This document shows, in pieces, positions 25,703 through 42,418 of a stretch of 64,000 nucleotides of DNA. The DNA lies in the NCBI GenBank assembly GCA_951406725.2, contig OX597826.1:35030001-35094000 (forward strand), read 5' to 3'. The translations under genes were made by a program, and so were the position numbers. The DNA comes from Octopus vulgaris. Its lineage: Eukaryota. The notes beneath the pieces were generated by a model. It was not told where the DNA came from and made no database searches. It worked only from the letters and a program-made list of their open reading frames with translations. Positions within the stretch are counted from its first letter, which is position 1. The number at the start of each line of letters is the position of its first letter.

Positions 25703-28047
25703 GTATGTATGTAACTACTTGGACTTTGGGTATATGTCTGTTTGTATGTCTATTAAAGCACATTCACCATTCGGGCTACCTGATGCCATCCACAGTAATG
25801 GTATAATTTTCACTGGGTCTATGTCAAGAAATTCAGTGTTAGTTTAGTTTATAGTTGATAAAGAAATGGAAGATGGATTTAGTATGAATCTTTATTGATA
25901 CTACGTTCATCTCCTGTTTTCTTCATCAATTATGTATGTATGCATGCATGGAGGTATGTATATAAATGAATGTGTATATATGAGAAAATGCCAGATAACC
26001 TGGCACATATTACTAAGTTTTACATATCTGTGGGTCATATTCAATAATATGAGACTAATATATACCGAACAAAAGGTAATAGTTTTTGAAACTAATATCA
26101 AAATATTTTATGAGTATTATATTTTATATGAAACTAATAGGTACAGAATTTAAAATAACACATCTGAAATTATCAAATATTTTAAAAATCATAAACTTAT
26201 TTGCAGATGTCATAAAAAGAAGCAGTAAAAATATGTAGAAATGAAAGATGACATTTTTGTATTCATTCTGCTACCCTTACTGGACTTGTTTGTTTTCTCT
26301 TATAAATTAGTGTCTTTTTTGTTGTTGGTTTTTGTATTCTGTAATCTGTGTCATTCTCATCTATTAAAATGTTAGTGAAATTAACTTATTTCTATTGAAT
26401 ATGTCATAGGATAAAATGAATCGTAAATATTTACTTAATATTATAACTTAAAGTTCGCTTTGTTGATTATCAGATTTAAATTTTATGTATGTATATATGT
26501 ATGTATCTATGAGCATTATGTGTGTGTATATGTATGCATGTGTGTGTGTATTTTAGTTTGGTTTTATATTCAATTTATTTCAGTTTTCAATTGATAAAAT
26601 TGATACAGCTAACATGGTGAAGAGAAGTGATGAAATTAAGTGTTTAAGGATATGGTTCGTTGACATGTGCTCTCCATGTTGCATTTGGAGATGAACAAAT
26701 TGAAGAGTTTGCAGTCATACATTAGAATTACTTGCCTTTATATTGAAATTGAAATCTCTACGAAAAGAAGGATATAAATTCTTGAAAGACTTCACTGAAA
26801 AACATGCTTATAGAAAATGAAAAATAATTTTGATGAATAAACTTCATTTTAAACAGAAATGTGAAATCTAGAGATTTGTTATTGAAAACCCAAACATCAA
26901 ATACATATATTTCAATATAGATCACACATTACAGTGTTCATATTTACTGTACATACTTCACATATATAATTATGGGGTTTTTAATATTATTTTCATTATG
27001 TGATATCGCTTATATTCTCCTTTTTACTCGATATCCCTTTCATACAAATAAAAATTTCAACTCTATATTTTGTTTGTTTACATTATTCTGTAGCATCAAT
27101 GTTTTATTTCGTTTTTTTAATTTTTTCCCTGAGCTGCTATAAGTAAATACATACACTGATAAAAATATTGCATATTATTTACATACAATCTTCTTTTATT
27201 CTGTTATTTGCAGATATTTATTGCAAGGTATTTCAGCAATCTTAATATTTCTCTTCTATCTTAAATTAAATTGACTTTTTTCTGCTTGATTTAAATGTAG
27301 CATTTTTTAAGAAATTTTATTTTTATTTTTTTCTAACAACTGTTTTGAAAACTTCATTGAGAAACGAGTGTTCACATGAATTACTGTATATACATACATA
27401 CATACACACATACATACATACATACATACATACATACATACATACATACATACATACATACACACACAATCGTATATACATATATATAAATATATATATA
27501 CATATATATGTATATATTTATATATATATTCCTATATAATTATATATATATATGTGCATGTATGTATGAATATATGCATATATCTTATGTCTGTTTGTTT
27601 ATCTTTATATCTTATAAATTCAAGATGATGAAGCCAAAAATACACTTCTCTTGTGTTATTCAGTTCCATCTTATCGATAACAAGATTCTAATTTACGACA
27701 TAATCTCTTTATAGTTTTATGAGTTCTCAATGTTGTATTAATATTTGGTTTTTGTACACATGAAAAGAAATACATTTATCAACAGCAAGTTCAGAAATAT
27801 AGTCACATTACATTAATATAGAATAGTAGTAATTTTGAGTCTGTCGCAGAATTGCATATTGCTATGTTGTTGGCATAGCAGCCAATGATGTGATGGCTTC
27901 TACATAGCTCAGAACTGAATTTGCTCTATATTATTCACTTATTAAACTTCAGCACTTCTTTCCTAATATTCTTTGGCCTTCTTTAGACCACAGTCACCTG
28001 ATACTGTCAGAATATGGCAGGACATTTATCCTTCACTGTCACCCATG

Positions 28048-28210
28048 AGGCCAACCAGGAACCCGCTGGCTTGACACCATCAAGAGTGATACTGGAATGG
28101 ACAAAGCCAATCTGAAAGAAGCGGCACAGGATAGAACTGACTGGAGGACACTGATCCTACGAGTAACAGAGAGTCGACTTCAACTGAGCGGATAGATAGA
28201 TAGATAGATA
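28048..28210 (+). mobile_element. Short 3' fragment of a second RTE (BovB-like) family with (TAGA)n tail and perfect 10-bp TSD
   Basis: GQPGTRWLDTIKSDTGMDKANLKEAAQDRTDWRTLILRVTESRLQLSG*; TSD gtcacccatg at 28038-28047 and 28211-28220. Confidence 0.9.
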
Positions 28211-28305
28211 GTCACCCATGTCTATTAATATTACAGTTAGCCACAAACAGCTGCCGCTATTAATAATAAGTTCTTTTGTCTTTTAAATCACTTTCACCTT
28301 TATGA

Positions 28306-28667
28306 TATCTTTGGAGGGTCATTATGCCCATAAAAACACATACTTGTCCCATTTCACTTCTTTATTATTATTATCAGTCAACTAATTAATCATCTAATCT
28401 GTTAAATAATCAGTTGTTTGATTAAATGTGTACTCAATGAAGCATCTAAGTTCATTAGACTTGGAGTAGAGCGATTACGTCTTTCATGTGGTTGTGAATA
28501 GTAATAAAAGGTCTTTGACAGATGCAGTGACCAACAAATTGACCAAACTTTTAATAAAACAATTTATTTTCTAATTGGTTAAACAAGCTGACTAATAATA
28601 ATAATAATAATAAGGAAATAGAATCAGTACATGTGTTTATTAGAAGCATAATGACCCTCCCAAGATA
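28306..28667. mobile_element. MITE with imperfect long TIRs
   Basis: tatctttggagggtcattatgc ... gcataatgaccctcccaagata. Confidence 0.7.
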
Positions 28668-30269
28668 AAACAAAAACTTGCTTTGACATGTGATTTCTCA
28701 TCAAAAATATTTCAAGCCAACTACACAAAAATCAATAGCTCTTCTTTCCTCTTCGAGCAAGAAAGCACTGTGTGCTTGTTTCAAGGTATTTAATGAAGGC
28801 CATCACATCAACAAGTAACTGTTGCATATCCCACAGATCTTACCCAACAGATTTCTCATTAATTTTTGCAAATATTTCACATTTGATTCTCATATTCAGC
28901 AACCATTCAAATACTTGGTTTGTAGAATGTGACTTTTGGAAAAACAGAAAGAGAGGGGGAGAAAAGGAGACTTAGAAAGGCAGGAACAGAGAGAGAGAAG
29001 AAAACATAGAAAGAGAAAGAGAGAAGAGAGAGAAAAAGAGAAGTTCTATTTAGTTAGTAGAGGTAACAATCTGAACTTCTCACTTACTATTCTGTTTTAC
29101 ATAATAAATTTGTTACTTTAGACACAATGGCATTATTTCTGTGATAGAGTATATGGTATTGAATTCAACATTGTATATTTCTAGGACTAAATTCTCCTAT
29201 TGACCTTAGATTAGTGAAAGATAAAGTCAGCCAATCAGGAATTCAACTAACAACAATGATTTCCAAAGCTACACAATGTTGAATATCAAAGTTGGTGTGA
29301 CGCTATTATAATTTAGCGACCACCTCCACCTCCAGCTTCACTTAGGTCCTTAACATAAGAGAAAACATTCAAATATATATATATATTTAAACTAAACTTA
29401 AAAGAGCAACAGAACACAAGAATGACATTCAAAAGAATAGGATGTTGTTGCTGTTGTCATCATCACCACCACCACCATCATCATCATCACCACCACCATT
29501 CCCCTCATACATATTATCATCAGCATGGGCATGTGGCTTAGTGGTTAGTGTATTTGTCCCATGATCATAAGTTTGTGAGTTTCATCTCAGCTGCATGTTG
29601 CATCCTCGAGCAAGACACTTTATTTCATGTTGCTGCAGTCCACTCAGCCGGCAAAAGTGAGGAGTACCTGTATTTCAAAGAGCCAGCTGTGTCACATTTG
29701 GTGCCACTCTGAATCTCTTTCAGAGCTACATTCAAGGTATGCATGTCTGTGGAGTGCTCAACCATCCACACAGCTTTAGGAGCAGACTGTTTAGTAGATT
29801 ACATCAACTGGAACAGACATCATTGTAACCAATGCAGAGCCAGTTGCAGTCATCATCATCATCATCATCATCATCATGATCATCATCATTATCATTTTAA
29901 TGTCTACTATGCCATACTCACATGAGTCAGAGTTTGGAGGGAAGGGACAAGTCAATTACAACAGCCCCAGTGTTCAACTGGTACTTACATTATCGAACCT
30001 ATAAAATTGAAAGGTAAAGTCCACCTTGGCAACATTTGAACACATAATGTAAAGTGGGAAGAAATGCTGCAAAGCATTTTTCCTGCTATGATGCTGATTG
30101 TGCGAACCTATTGCATTCAAGCCCAAAATTTTTAGGGAGGAGTCCAATCAATTAGATCAACCCCCAGTATGCAACTGATACTTAATTTATCGACTCCGAA
30201 AGTATGAAAGGCAAAGTTAACCTCGGCAGAAATTTGAACTCAAGCCATCTGGGTAATGGGAAAGAGTAA

Positions 30270-30470
30270 CCTGTAACATGGTGATTCATGCCATGCATCA
30301 AAATGTGGACATCATGACTGCTGCTCAATGCTCTGTGAATAGTGCAAATGTTGTATGATGTAACATGGACAGCTGCAATGCTGACTATGAGGCCTTGGCT
30401 AGTAGGAATGTATTTCCCATTGAGAAAAACTAAAAGAGCCAAAAATGGGAATCTAGGAATCCACAAGATG
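30270..30470 (+). pseudogene. Possible N-terminal HTH relic of a Tc1-like transposase
   Basis: MVIHAMHQNVDIMTAAQCSVNSANVV*CNMDSCNADYEALASR; resemblance only. Confidence 0.3.
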
Positions 30471-30603
30471 GAAGAACATGGCAGATATGATTTTTACATT
30501 TTTTTTTACCATAAGAGAGAATTTTTTGATCATGGTAACTGCAGTGGATTTACATTTAGAAGATATAATGTGTCACAAACATATTTCAACTAACCTAAAT
30601 TTG

Positions 30604-30660
<57 letters not shown>

Positions 30661-31218
30661 AACCAAACAAGAAAACACAAAAAAGCAATGCGAGGACGTG
30701 GAACAAATAAAGTATTATTGGATGCTCAAGAAAGAAGGGGAGGAGGGTTTAACATTTCGAGCGGAGCTCTTTGTCGGAAACAAAGGAGAAGGAAACAATA
30801 TATATATATATATATATATGTAAGATAATCTCATAGATTAGAAACTCAGGGTATTTTCAGTACAGCACTCAAGCTGAGTGCGACGTTATCTACACTCTTT
30901 AATAAGGGTCTGAAGGAAGATGAAAAATCTGCTAGTGTAGAAAACTTGGATACAACACTGGTAGATTCAATGGGCAGGTTTACTTTCAGTTTCCCTCTAC
31001 CAAACCCACTCACAAAACATTTGTTACCCAGGACCTTTGTAGAAAACACATTCACATGGTATCGTGCAATGGGACTGAACTTGGATCTCTATGGTTGGGA
31101 AGCAAACTTCTTAACACAAATAAATTCTCAATCAAAAAATCAAAAACATTTTATAAAAGTTAGATGTCACAAACATGATGATGGCTCTCACAGAAATTGT
31201 CTTGCTATACTAACATCA

Positions 31219-31259
<41 letters not shown>

Positions 31260-32159
31260 TAGATAAATAGATATATATATATACACACAAAAATGTATAA
31301 AACATTTTCTATGATGTACAGCTGAAGAGAAAGAAGTCAGGACAGTATGGAGCTCATTAGCATATGTTTGGCCACATTCCCAGGATAAAGCACAAATCTT
31401 CTGTGAATAAATACTGATCGATTAATTCAATACAAGAGAAGCTTGAGAAATTCCACAGAGGAGAAACAGAACTGTCCATCAATCACTTTGTTTAAGAAAC
31501 TCATTTTAAGAAGGATTGCGGTGACTAAACAGACCATGTTGTCCTAAATGATAAACTGGCAGAGTTGTTAGAGAGCTAGATAAATCACCTTGCAGTATTA
31601 ATAAGGATTCACAGCAAACTGAGTTCAAATCTTGCCAGGGTCGAATTTTAGTGTTTCCCCTTTCAGGTTGATAAATACATTATTAGTTTAGACTGGTGAA
31701 TTGGCAGAGTTGCTGAAATATTGGAAAATGCTTTGTCCATTTATGATCTGGGTTCAAATTCTGCCAAGGAATTCAAATCTAAATAATCTGATCTCAAGAT
31801 CACAAGATCACAAATGATTATTAAATTTAATATAGGTGGAGATTAATTGCAGCCATCTATTACCTTACACAAAAAATCTACATGGTAATGAAAATGATAA
31901 AAAACAAAGGTGATGACAATGATGACAACAGTGATGATGATGATGATGATGACTATGAGGGGAGGATGCAGATGAGGAGAATGATGAAGAAGGCAATGAT
32001 GAGAATGATGGCAATAATGAGATGAAGACAAATTCAATGAGTGCAGTCAGGGTGAGGATGATGGTGATGATGGTGATGATCACAATGATAATGATGGTGA
32101 ATATGCTAACATGTCCAAAATAAAACTAACAATTACAAGCTTTGCCTTTTACAGAAGAC

Positions 32160-32466
32160 TGATCACTGAAAAAGTATGGAAAGAATCTGCCTTGTATCTC
32201 CATAACATAAAATTGTTCGACAGCTGTTCAAATTAGATGCCCAGCATAAAGTTAACATAAAGTTGAAGATCAATGAAAAAGAGAATACACATGCTGAACT
32301 ATTGAAAAATCGGTAATTACTATATTTAGATTTCAAGTTCAGGTTCGTACTTATAATTATTGGGGCCCTGCAATATGTAACACACTGCCTAAATACCAGC
32401 CTTGGGAACTTAGGAGAAAGTATAAAGCTGATTTGAAGACAACAGACCCAATCCATCATTGGAACT
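32160..32466 (+). pseudogene. Relic of the restriction-like endonuclease C-terminus of an R2/R4/NeSL-type LINE
   Basis: KVNIKLKINEKENTHAELLKNR*LLYLDFKFRFVLIIIGALQYVTHCLNTSLGNLG...QSIIGT fits the REL-domain tail pattern EK..kY.eL...piiiGAlG. Confidence 0.7.
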
Positions 32467-32571
32467 GAACCCCTGAACCCAGAACCATGTGGTTAGGAAG
32501 CAAGCTTCTTACCACACAGTGACATGCCCACTTTTCTGTTATTGTTTTCTAAAGAATTTGGTACCCAGGTC

Positions 32572-32640
<69 letters not shown>

Positions 32641-32644
<4 letters not shown>

Positions 32645-32828
32645 AGATCGTTAGCTACTACACACATTTTTTTCTCTACTTGTTTTTTCTGTGTACCTTT
32701 CTGTAGAAGAGCGTAGGCTCGAAATGGAAAAAGACTTTTTCTATTCCTGAGTGCTATACTAATACATCTGTTTGTTTGTACACCACCTGCCTTCGTCTTT
32801 TGTTTATTTTCATAAACTTTCCCTTTAT
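32641..32828 (+). mobile_element. TA-flanked ~190-bp element with degenerate hammerhead-like motif; related copy at 22465-22652 (-)
   Basis: ctgtagaagagcgtaggctcgaaa; reverse complement ttcgagcctacaatcttcaacag at ~22562-22584. Confidence 0.6.
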
Positions 32829-32897
32829 ATATATATATATATACACACACAAAGATATATGCATCTATGACCTGGGCATCAATTACATACATTTACA

Positions 32898-33787
<890 letters not shown>

Positions 33788-36700
33788 CACACACAAAAAA
33801 TCCAAGCCCCCTGCAACAGTCAAAACCAGCCACTACACTAACCTCCACATTCCTACTCAATGCACAAGGTGTCAGCCCTTCCATCAATGCACAAAAATGG
33901 AAGGTCCAATTCATTGAAGACTGGGTTGGTAACCATTCACACCACATCCCTTTCTTCATTCTCACTGAGACCCACCTTGACAACTCCCACTTGGAAGCCG
34001 AAGTGAGAGTGAAGAATTTCACAACCATCCGCGCGGATCGTATCGGCAGGAGGAAGGGTGGAACTGCCATTTTCCTGCATGATTCATTTACGGCAGATGG
34101 AAATAGTATATTCTCCAACGGCTACTGTGAATCAGTCACCGTGCACAACAAAGCCAATGATCTGACAGTAATTGGGCTCTATAGGCCGCCCCAAACACCC
34201 ATACTGTGCTTTAAAGAATGCCTCAACAGCATTAAGTGCTTTATTCAACAGTGCCATTCTAGCAACATACTCATGATGGGAGACTTCAATCTACCCTGTG
34301 TTGACTGGACTACAAACTGTTTGAAACCAAGCACTCCCGCCTCAACCGCTGACAAAGAAGCAGCAGAGTCACTTTTCGACTTTACGAATGAGTTTTTCTT
34401 GTCCCAACTTGTCCTTGCACCAACAAGACATCAGAACATTTTGGACCTAGTGTTTAGTAACCACACTAACACTATACATAACGTTACAGTGGAAAAAACC
34501 CTTCTTTCAGACCATGACATGGTTCTCTGTAACATGAAATTCCACCAGCCGAAAGCTAATCCTAGTGACCTTCCTCCAGCCCACCCATTTGACAACATGG
34601 ATCTCCATAAAGCCAACTGGGATGCAATCAGGAACGAGCTATCAAATGTTGACTGGTCCTTTACACATACACACATCTCCACCAACCATAAAACATCGTG
34701 GCAGATCTTTGTAGACACCGTCACAGACATATGTGCAAAACACTCCCCACCAAGACCTGTGAACAAAAAGTGCAGAATCCCCCAAAACAGAAAAACCATT
34801 ATCAGAAAAATAAAAAGAACAAACAAAAAAATTAACAAACTAAAGTACTGCCAACAGCAACACACACATTCGACGGCTATCGCACTGCTTGAATCCAAAA
34901 AATATAACCTCCAACAATGCATGAAGTCCCTCATCAATAACCAAAGATCAGCTGAGGAGAAGTGGGCCATTGAAAAAATCAAACTCAACCCCAAAGTGTT
35001 CTTTTCATTTGCGAGGAAACGCAGGGTCACTGTCTCCACTGTAGGCCCTCTAATTGACGAAACTGGCACTCTCCAAGATAATGCCAAATCCATGGCCGAG
35101 ATACTGCAGAAACAATACTGCTCTGTTTTCAGCAATCCTGATATGGCCGATCTGGGCTGTATCAGTGATGTCAACCCCCAACACACTATATCGGACATAA
35201 CGTTTAGTGCCCCTGATGTCTTAGCGGCGATAAACGAAATAAAACACAATTCAGCAGTAGGCCCCGATAGGTTCCCTGCTTGTGTCCTGAAGGTGTGTCG
35301 ACACCAACTTGCATCTCCCCTTGCTAATCTGTGGAGAAACTCACTGGATGCTGGCTATATTCCAAAAAACCTTCTGTCCCAGTCTGTTGTCCCAGTTTTC
35401 AAAAAGGGAAACAAGTCCCTTGCAGTGAATTACCGTCCGATCTCACTCACCTCTCATATCATCAAGGTATTTGAGAGGGTGGTGAGATCTCAAATAACCC
35501 AATTTCTGGAAAGCAACAGACGGCTGATCTCCAACCAACATGGGTTCCGTAATGGAAGGGACTGCCTAACGCAGCTCCTGCATCACTTTGAGGACATTTT
35601 GAGAGCTTTGGGAGAGGGCTCCAACACCGATGTCATCTACCTTGATTTCAGTAAGGCCTTCGACAGGGTCGATCACAAGATCCTATTGAAAAAACTATCC
35701 AACATTGGTGTCTCTGGAAAGTTACTGAAATGGATTAAGTGTTTCCTGACAGACAGATCTCAACATGTTGTAGTTGAAGGGGTAAAATCAAGCCCAGCCA
35801 AAGTCAGTAGTGGCGTTCCGCAAGGCACTGTGCTGGGCCCACTTCTTTTCATCATTTACATTAATGACATTAATGACATCATCAAGCACAGCAACATAAA
35901 AATCTTTGCAGATGACTCCAAGCTACAGAAGGTCATAAATGAGGCGAGTGACCGGACATGCCTTCAGTCAGATCTACTGGCTGTTATCCAATGGGCAGAA
36001 AAAAACAATATGCTGCTGAACGAGGATAAATTTGAGCTAATCCACTTTGGAAAAGAGGATGCCCTGAAACTCCCATACTCCCTTCCTTCAGGTGAAACTC
36101 TCGCGGCGTCCAACAACATCAGAGACTTGGGAGTAATTGTGGACAACAACGTAAGCTGGGCCACTCATATAAACACCAAAGTTGACATGGCCCGCAGAAT
36201 GTGTTCCTGGATTCTCAGAACTTTCCAGTCGAGAGATATCCACACCATTATCCTTCTCTTCTCCACTTTTGCCCGACCCCACCTTGAATACTGTTGTCCA
36301 CTGTGGTCTCCCCACACAATACAAGGTATCAAAAAAGTCGAAGCACCTCAAAGGGCAATCACAAAAAAGATAGATGGCATGACAGGCCTCGACTATTGGG
36401 GTCGACTAGAAAAGCTAAAACTCTATTCTCTCCAACGTCGTCGTGAGCGCTACATCATCTGCATGATGTGGAAAATATTCCATCAGCATTGCCCAAATGA
36501 TGTTGGCATCACCTTTAAGGTACATCCAAGGCTTGGGCCCCGTGCCATCCGCCCAAAACAAAAATCGCACTCTCATCTCATAACAACAATACGGCACAAT
36601 TATTTCACCTCAATTGGCCCCGCTCTCTTTAACATTACACCAAAACACATTAAAACAGAAACTGACCCTATAGGGTTCAAGAAGTCTTTGGACAGATTCC

Positions 36701-36885
36701 TTCAAGAAATCCCGGATAAACCCCCTACACCCGGATATGTCTCTGTAAACAATAACTCTCTACTTGAGTGGGCCATAGTGCCCAAATTCTGACTTGAAAG
36801 ACTTCACCAGGTGGTGCTATTAAGTTAGACATGGCCTGGGCCAATAATGGCCGAAACCTATCAAAGTATCAAAGTATCAAAGTAT

Positions 36886-37156
<271 letters not shown>

Positions 37157-38559
37157 TACATATAAGTGTGCACAAACATACACATACATGCACATACATA
37201 TATACACATATATATGAGGAAGAAAGAGCAATAGAAAGATAAAGAGAGAGAAATGGAAAGAAAGAGAATGAGAGAGTGAGAGAGAGAGAGAGACACACAC
37301 ACACACTGACAAATAGACAGTCAGACAATCAGATGTAATTTCTGAAAGGTAAACATTTTACTTCAGTCTGATGACTGGCGATTTTCAGAATCTATTGTCA
37401 ATATGTAAAACGTCTTACAAAAGAGATTTGTTAATCCTACACGATTTGAGTTCATCTTTTCTGAAAGGAATATTTTATAAGGTTTTGCAATGAAAGCTGC
37501 TTACAATATAAGACAATTCTTGGCCAAAAGGGATAATTTTCTCTTTCATTAACAACAACAGAAATCTACAATTTTGAGGGGATTATGTGAAGAAAGAATT
37601 AAGTGTTATTTAAGTGAATTGAGATATCACAATGTGATTGTTTTTGAATTTAGACACACTGCCTTTGCTAACAAGAGCTATGTTAATATGAATGAAGATG
37701 AATATGAACAAAGTTAGCAGCATTACAGACTTTAAGGTTTACTGCGGTCACAATATATCAAATATATTACTAGAGGCATAAGAAAGGAAGGTGATAGACA
37801 CAGCAAATGAAGGGATAAATAGATAAAGAAGGGTTTGAACTAATAACCCATCAGTCCAGTTTTTAAGCTAATTACCCCCAAGGCCACTTTATTCATTGTC
37901 AGTCAAGTAAATCATAATTACATTAATTAATCATTATTCATATACTTTAGTTATATCTGTTGGAAATTCCAAATAAGACTCTACCTGTACTTTTTCCTTG
38001 CAACAGTTCCACACTTCTCGAGAATATTTACATTTACCATTCCTTCATTTCAAAGTAAACAGAATTATTAATAAGCAAGAGTCAATATAATTAACTAAGC
38101 TTTGTTTAATTCCCACTTTTCTGTTGTTGTTTTCTAAAGAATTTGATGCCCAGGTCATAATCGGATTTCGTACGAACGCACCCATGTTCTGCTGATCAAC
38201 GAACAAGAAACTCAATATTGATAATCAGACTCTAAGTAGCAATGTTTATTATAAGTTAGAGGTAAACAAAGTCTGGTAATTATCGTTGGCTGACTAATGA
38301 ACGAAGGTAATCAAACTACATACAAAAACAAAGGAAAGGAAGAAAGAGACGATTTATGTAATGCCATAAACAATTCCTTCCAGTAACAGAGGAAATTCAG
38401 ATACACAAACTTACAGACTCCTTCATTAGTTCTCAGTGAGTTTATTAGTTTGTTTAATTTACTTGCAAATATACACATGCAGTTGCAATCAGACAGACTG
38501 ACGCACACGTACACATGTTTGTGTATCTGTGTGTTTAATATATATATGTGTGTGTGTGG

Positions 38560-38606
<47 letters not shown>

Positions 38607-38646
38607 AAGCCAGAGATATATATAGATATATATTTATATATGAATA

Positions 38647-38728
<82 letters not shown>

Positions 38729-39084
38729 TATAACAATGAGGGTCTTTGCAACAAGTTGCTAGACCACATACCGAAAATATTAGAAATAGCAGCCAGAGGA
38801 CTGATATTACTTTTACTACAAAAAATGTCCCCATCGACAAAAGTATTTGTAACTCATTATATGGCAAAAAAAAACGAAGAAAAATAACGAAATCAAACAC
38901 ATACACACACATGCTGTCAGATTTATATGGAATGTACACAAAACATCATCATTTTGCTCAAGCAGGGTCATGAAACGACACGGGGAGTATATGCAATCAT
39001 ATATACACACACACACAAAAACACACATACACATACATACATGAACATATGTATGTATGGATTTATATATATATATATATATAA

Positions 39085-39615
39085 ATCATCATCATTTTAC
39101 TTCCATTGTCTATACTGGCATGGGTTGGACAGTTTGACCAGGACTGGCACACTGGAGAGTTGCACCAGACCTCAGTCTGATTTGGCATGGTTTCTACAGC
39201 TGGATGCCCTTCCTAACACCATCACTCCAAGAGTGTATGAGTGCTTTTACATACCACCGGCACATGTGTCATTTTCATGCCACCAGTTTCTGCTACAACT
39301 GCAATTTTATTTAACTTGATGGGTCTTCTCAAATATGGCATAATGCCAAAGGCCTCAGTCATTTGTCATTGCCTCTGTCAGGCCCAACACTGGAAAGGTT
39401 TTCACATGCCACCGGCATCAACCACTTTGCCTCCATGAGGCCCAGCGTTCTAAGATCATGCTTCACTACCTCACCCAATATCTACTTACCACAGGTTCCC
39501 TCTACAGCTAGAGATCAGCTCTTCTTTACACAGCTGTCCTTGTCCATATGCATCACATGACTTTACCAGCACAGTCATCTTTCTTGCACACCACATCTGA
39601 TGCCTCTTATGCCCA
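39085..39615 (-). mobile_element. RTE 3' fragment including decayed ORF C-terminus
   Basis: Minus translation [29 protein letters not shown]...EVVKHDLRTLGL, plus the shared 3'UTR. Confidence 0.85.
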
Positions 39616-39652
39616 TATATATATACATATATAAACATATATACATACATAT

Positions 39653-39737
<85 letters not shown>

Positions 39738-40039
39738 ATGACTATACACAGAGCTTCAGTCCAACAGTTTCACCCAAAAAGCTATGTAAAATTAAACGCA
39801 TTTGTGGAACAGACATGATAGCAGAAGCAACATGCTGTATCAGGAACTCAAACATGTATGTATATATGCAAGCATGTATGTAGTATGTATGAATTCATGT
39901 TTCTGCAAGTGTATGTTTGTAACACCTCTTGACATTGCTTGAAAGCTATAATTGTGTTTCATTCCCACACATGCAATGTTATTCATTTCCAATGTTTTGC
40001 AAAAAAACATTCGTAAAACTGTTCCAATCACTTAAAGTG

Positions 40040-40505
40040 TCTGGAAGTTGCGAAAGTTGGAAATTTATTGGAAGCCAATCTTCAAGCACTGAGACTTATG
40101 AAAGAGATGACTAAAGACTAAGATATTTGGCACATTGCTATACTCAAGAGGACCCATCCTCTACAATGGGACTGATATTCTAAAAGCATATTTCCACATA
40201 AAATCTGCTGGTGTTATGTAAAAAAGCAATTGTGCTGGTGCCATTTAAAAAAGCACTTGTGATGGTGCCACTTAAAAAGCTCTGATGCTGGTGTCACATA
40301 CAATGCACTGGCGCCAGTGTCACGTAAAAAGTACTCACTACTCTCTGTAAAGTGGTTGGCCTAAAAAAGAGTATCTAGCTGTAGAAACAAAGTCAAAACA
40401 GACTATTTACTATTGAGCATATATAGCCCCTAGCCAGCCAGCTCCTGTTAAGCTGTTCATCCTGTGCCAGTATGGAAAACAGTCGTTAAACGATATAGAG
40501 GATGA
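40040..40505 (+). mobile_element. RTE 3' fragment (older subfamily) with short gctggtgcca..taaaaagc tandem units
   Basis: ANLQALRLMKEMTKD*DIWHIAILKRT resembles the RTE C-terminus; 3'UTR similar to 24780-24950. An opposite-strand fragment follows at 40640-40781. Confidence 0.75.
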
Positions 40506-42324
40506 TTACATTCCTTGGAAACATGTCAGAGTTTGTGACAGGAAGAAAATCCAACTTCAGAATCTACCCCAATGAACTCCACCCAACCATAGAAAAGTAA
40601 TGTTTAAAATGACGAAGTTGATGATAATATATGTGTATATCATCGTCGTCATCATTTAGCGTCCAATTTCCATGCTAGCATGGGCTGGACGGTTCAACTG
40701 GGGTCTGGGAAGCCAGAAGGCTGCACCAGGCCCAGTCTGATCTGGCAATGTTTCTATGGCTGGATGCCCTTCCTAACGCCAGGGTATATATGTTTATATA
40801 TACACTTATATGCTCATATATATGCTCAATAGTAAATACACATTATCCCATGAATTTCCAAGATTGACCAACAACTGGCATTTATTTTCTTTCTCTGTCT
40901 ATGACCAGAGACAAATATTGAAATAAGATAAAGTCTGTAAACATCATGCATGTCTGCTACTGGCTGAAGAAGATTTCTTCAGAAGCTGGAATATAAACTG
41001 AGGAGCGGTTCTGTTACTGCCATATTTCTCTTCCTGGATTCTGATATATTTGACAAGCTTTTAATTATTTCATATTTCAAAATGATTTCTTGATTAAAAT
41101 CATGTTGTTTGCTGTGCATATATGTGTGTGTGTGAATGTGTGTGCGTGTGTGTATGTGCGTGTGTGGTACATTTACAAATAGTTATGTGCATATGTTATG
41201 TGTAGTAGTGTACCTATCTATGTATTTATATCCATGGTTGTAGAGGTAGTTGTGTGTATCTGTGAATGTATATCCACCCATAAATATACAGCTTCTTGTA
41301 CATCTGTATAGAGTGTGAATGAATAACATAGAGTGGGAAGAGGAGCATATGTATCAGAATATACATACATATATATATATATAAAGACAGGCAGACAGTT
41401 AAATAGACAGACAGACAGACAAATAACAGACAGTCAGACAGATTGATAGACAGATAGAAAGATAGATAGGGATAGAAAGATAGAAAGACAGACAGACAGA
41501 CAGATAGATATAAATATTTGTGTATATGAATATATGTGTATATGAGTGGCTTTGCATATATAGCTGATCATGTCGGAGGTGTTTCTCAGGATATATACCT
41601 GAGCATCTGCATGTTAGTGTGAGGTTAGGTGTATATATTTCTATGTTTGAATATGAGTGGCTGTAAATATATTTGTAATACGTGTATTAGTGTTTGTGTA
41701 AATGTGTCTGCTTGACAGAGTATATGTATAAATGTATAGGCGCAAGTGTGATTGTGTGGTTAGAAGTTTCCTTCCAAACCACATTGTTCTCGGTTCAATT
41801 CCACCACATGATGGCAATCAGAGTGTTTTTGATGTATAGTCTAGCTGACCAAAATCCTGTGTGTGGATTCAGTAGATGAAATCAAAGAGCTTAAAGAACC
41901 ACAGAGTATATATATATATAGGATATCCCTTAATACGGCGCAACTCATTAGCGTTCATAAGGACCGATAAGAATATAAATAAGAATGGAGAACAAATTTC
42001 AAAAGTCAGATCCCTTTATTAAAAATTAAATCACTATGCCTCTTACTCATGTTCATATACAGTGTCAATTCAAGTACACAAATACAAATTATGAAAGCGT
42101 ACAATACATAAATGTGCCTGCATTAAAACATTTGGTATTAAGCATTAAAATTTTATGAACCAATGATGAAGTTAGACGGTATGAATCCAATGGGAGCAGA
42201 GGTATACGATGAATTAGGATGAAACTTTAGTGAGTACATATTCTTATGATCCTTTCAAAAAATTGTGGTTTGAAATGGGCAAGTTTTCCATCCAAAACAA
42301 TTGACCACATTTCTCTCATCAAAG

Positions 42325-42418
<94 letters not shown>

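Noticed and set aside
25932-26153. ORF with an EGF-like CMHGG stretch
   Set aside because: It arises from tatg/catg low-complexity sequence; cysteine spacing is incomplete.
34431-35249. 272-aa antisense ORF inside the LINE
   Set aside because: Shadow of the sense RT/linker frame with no recognisable domain.
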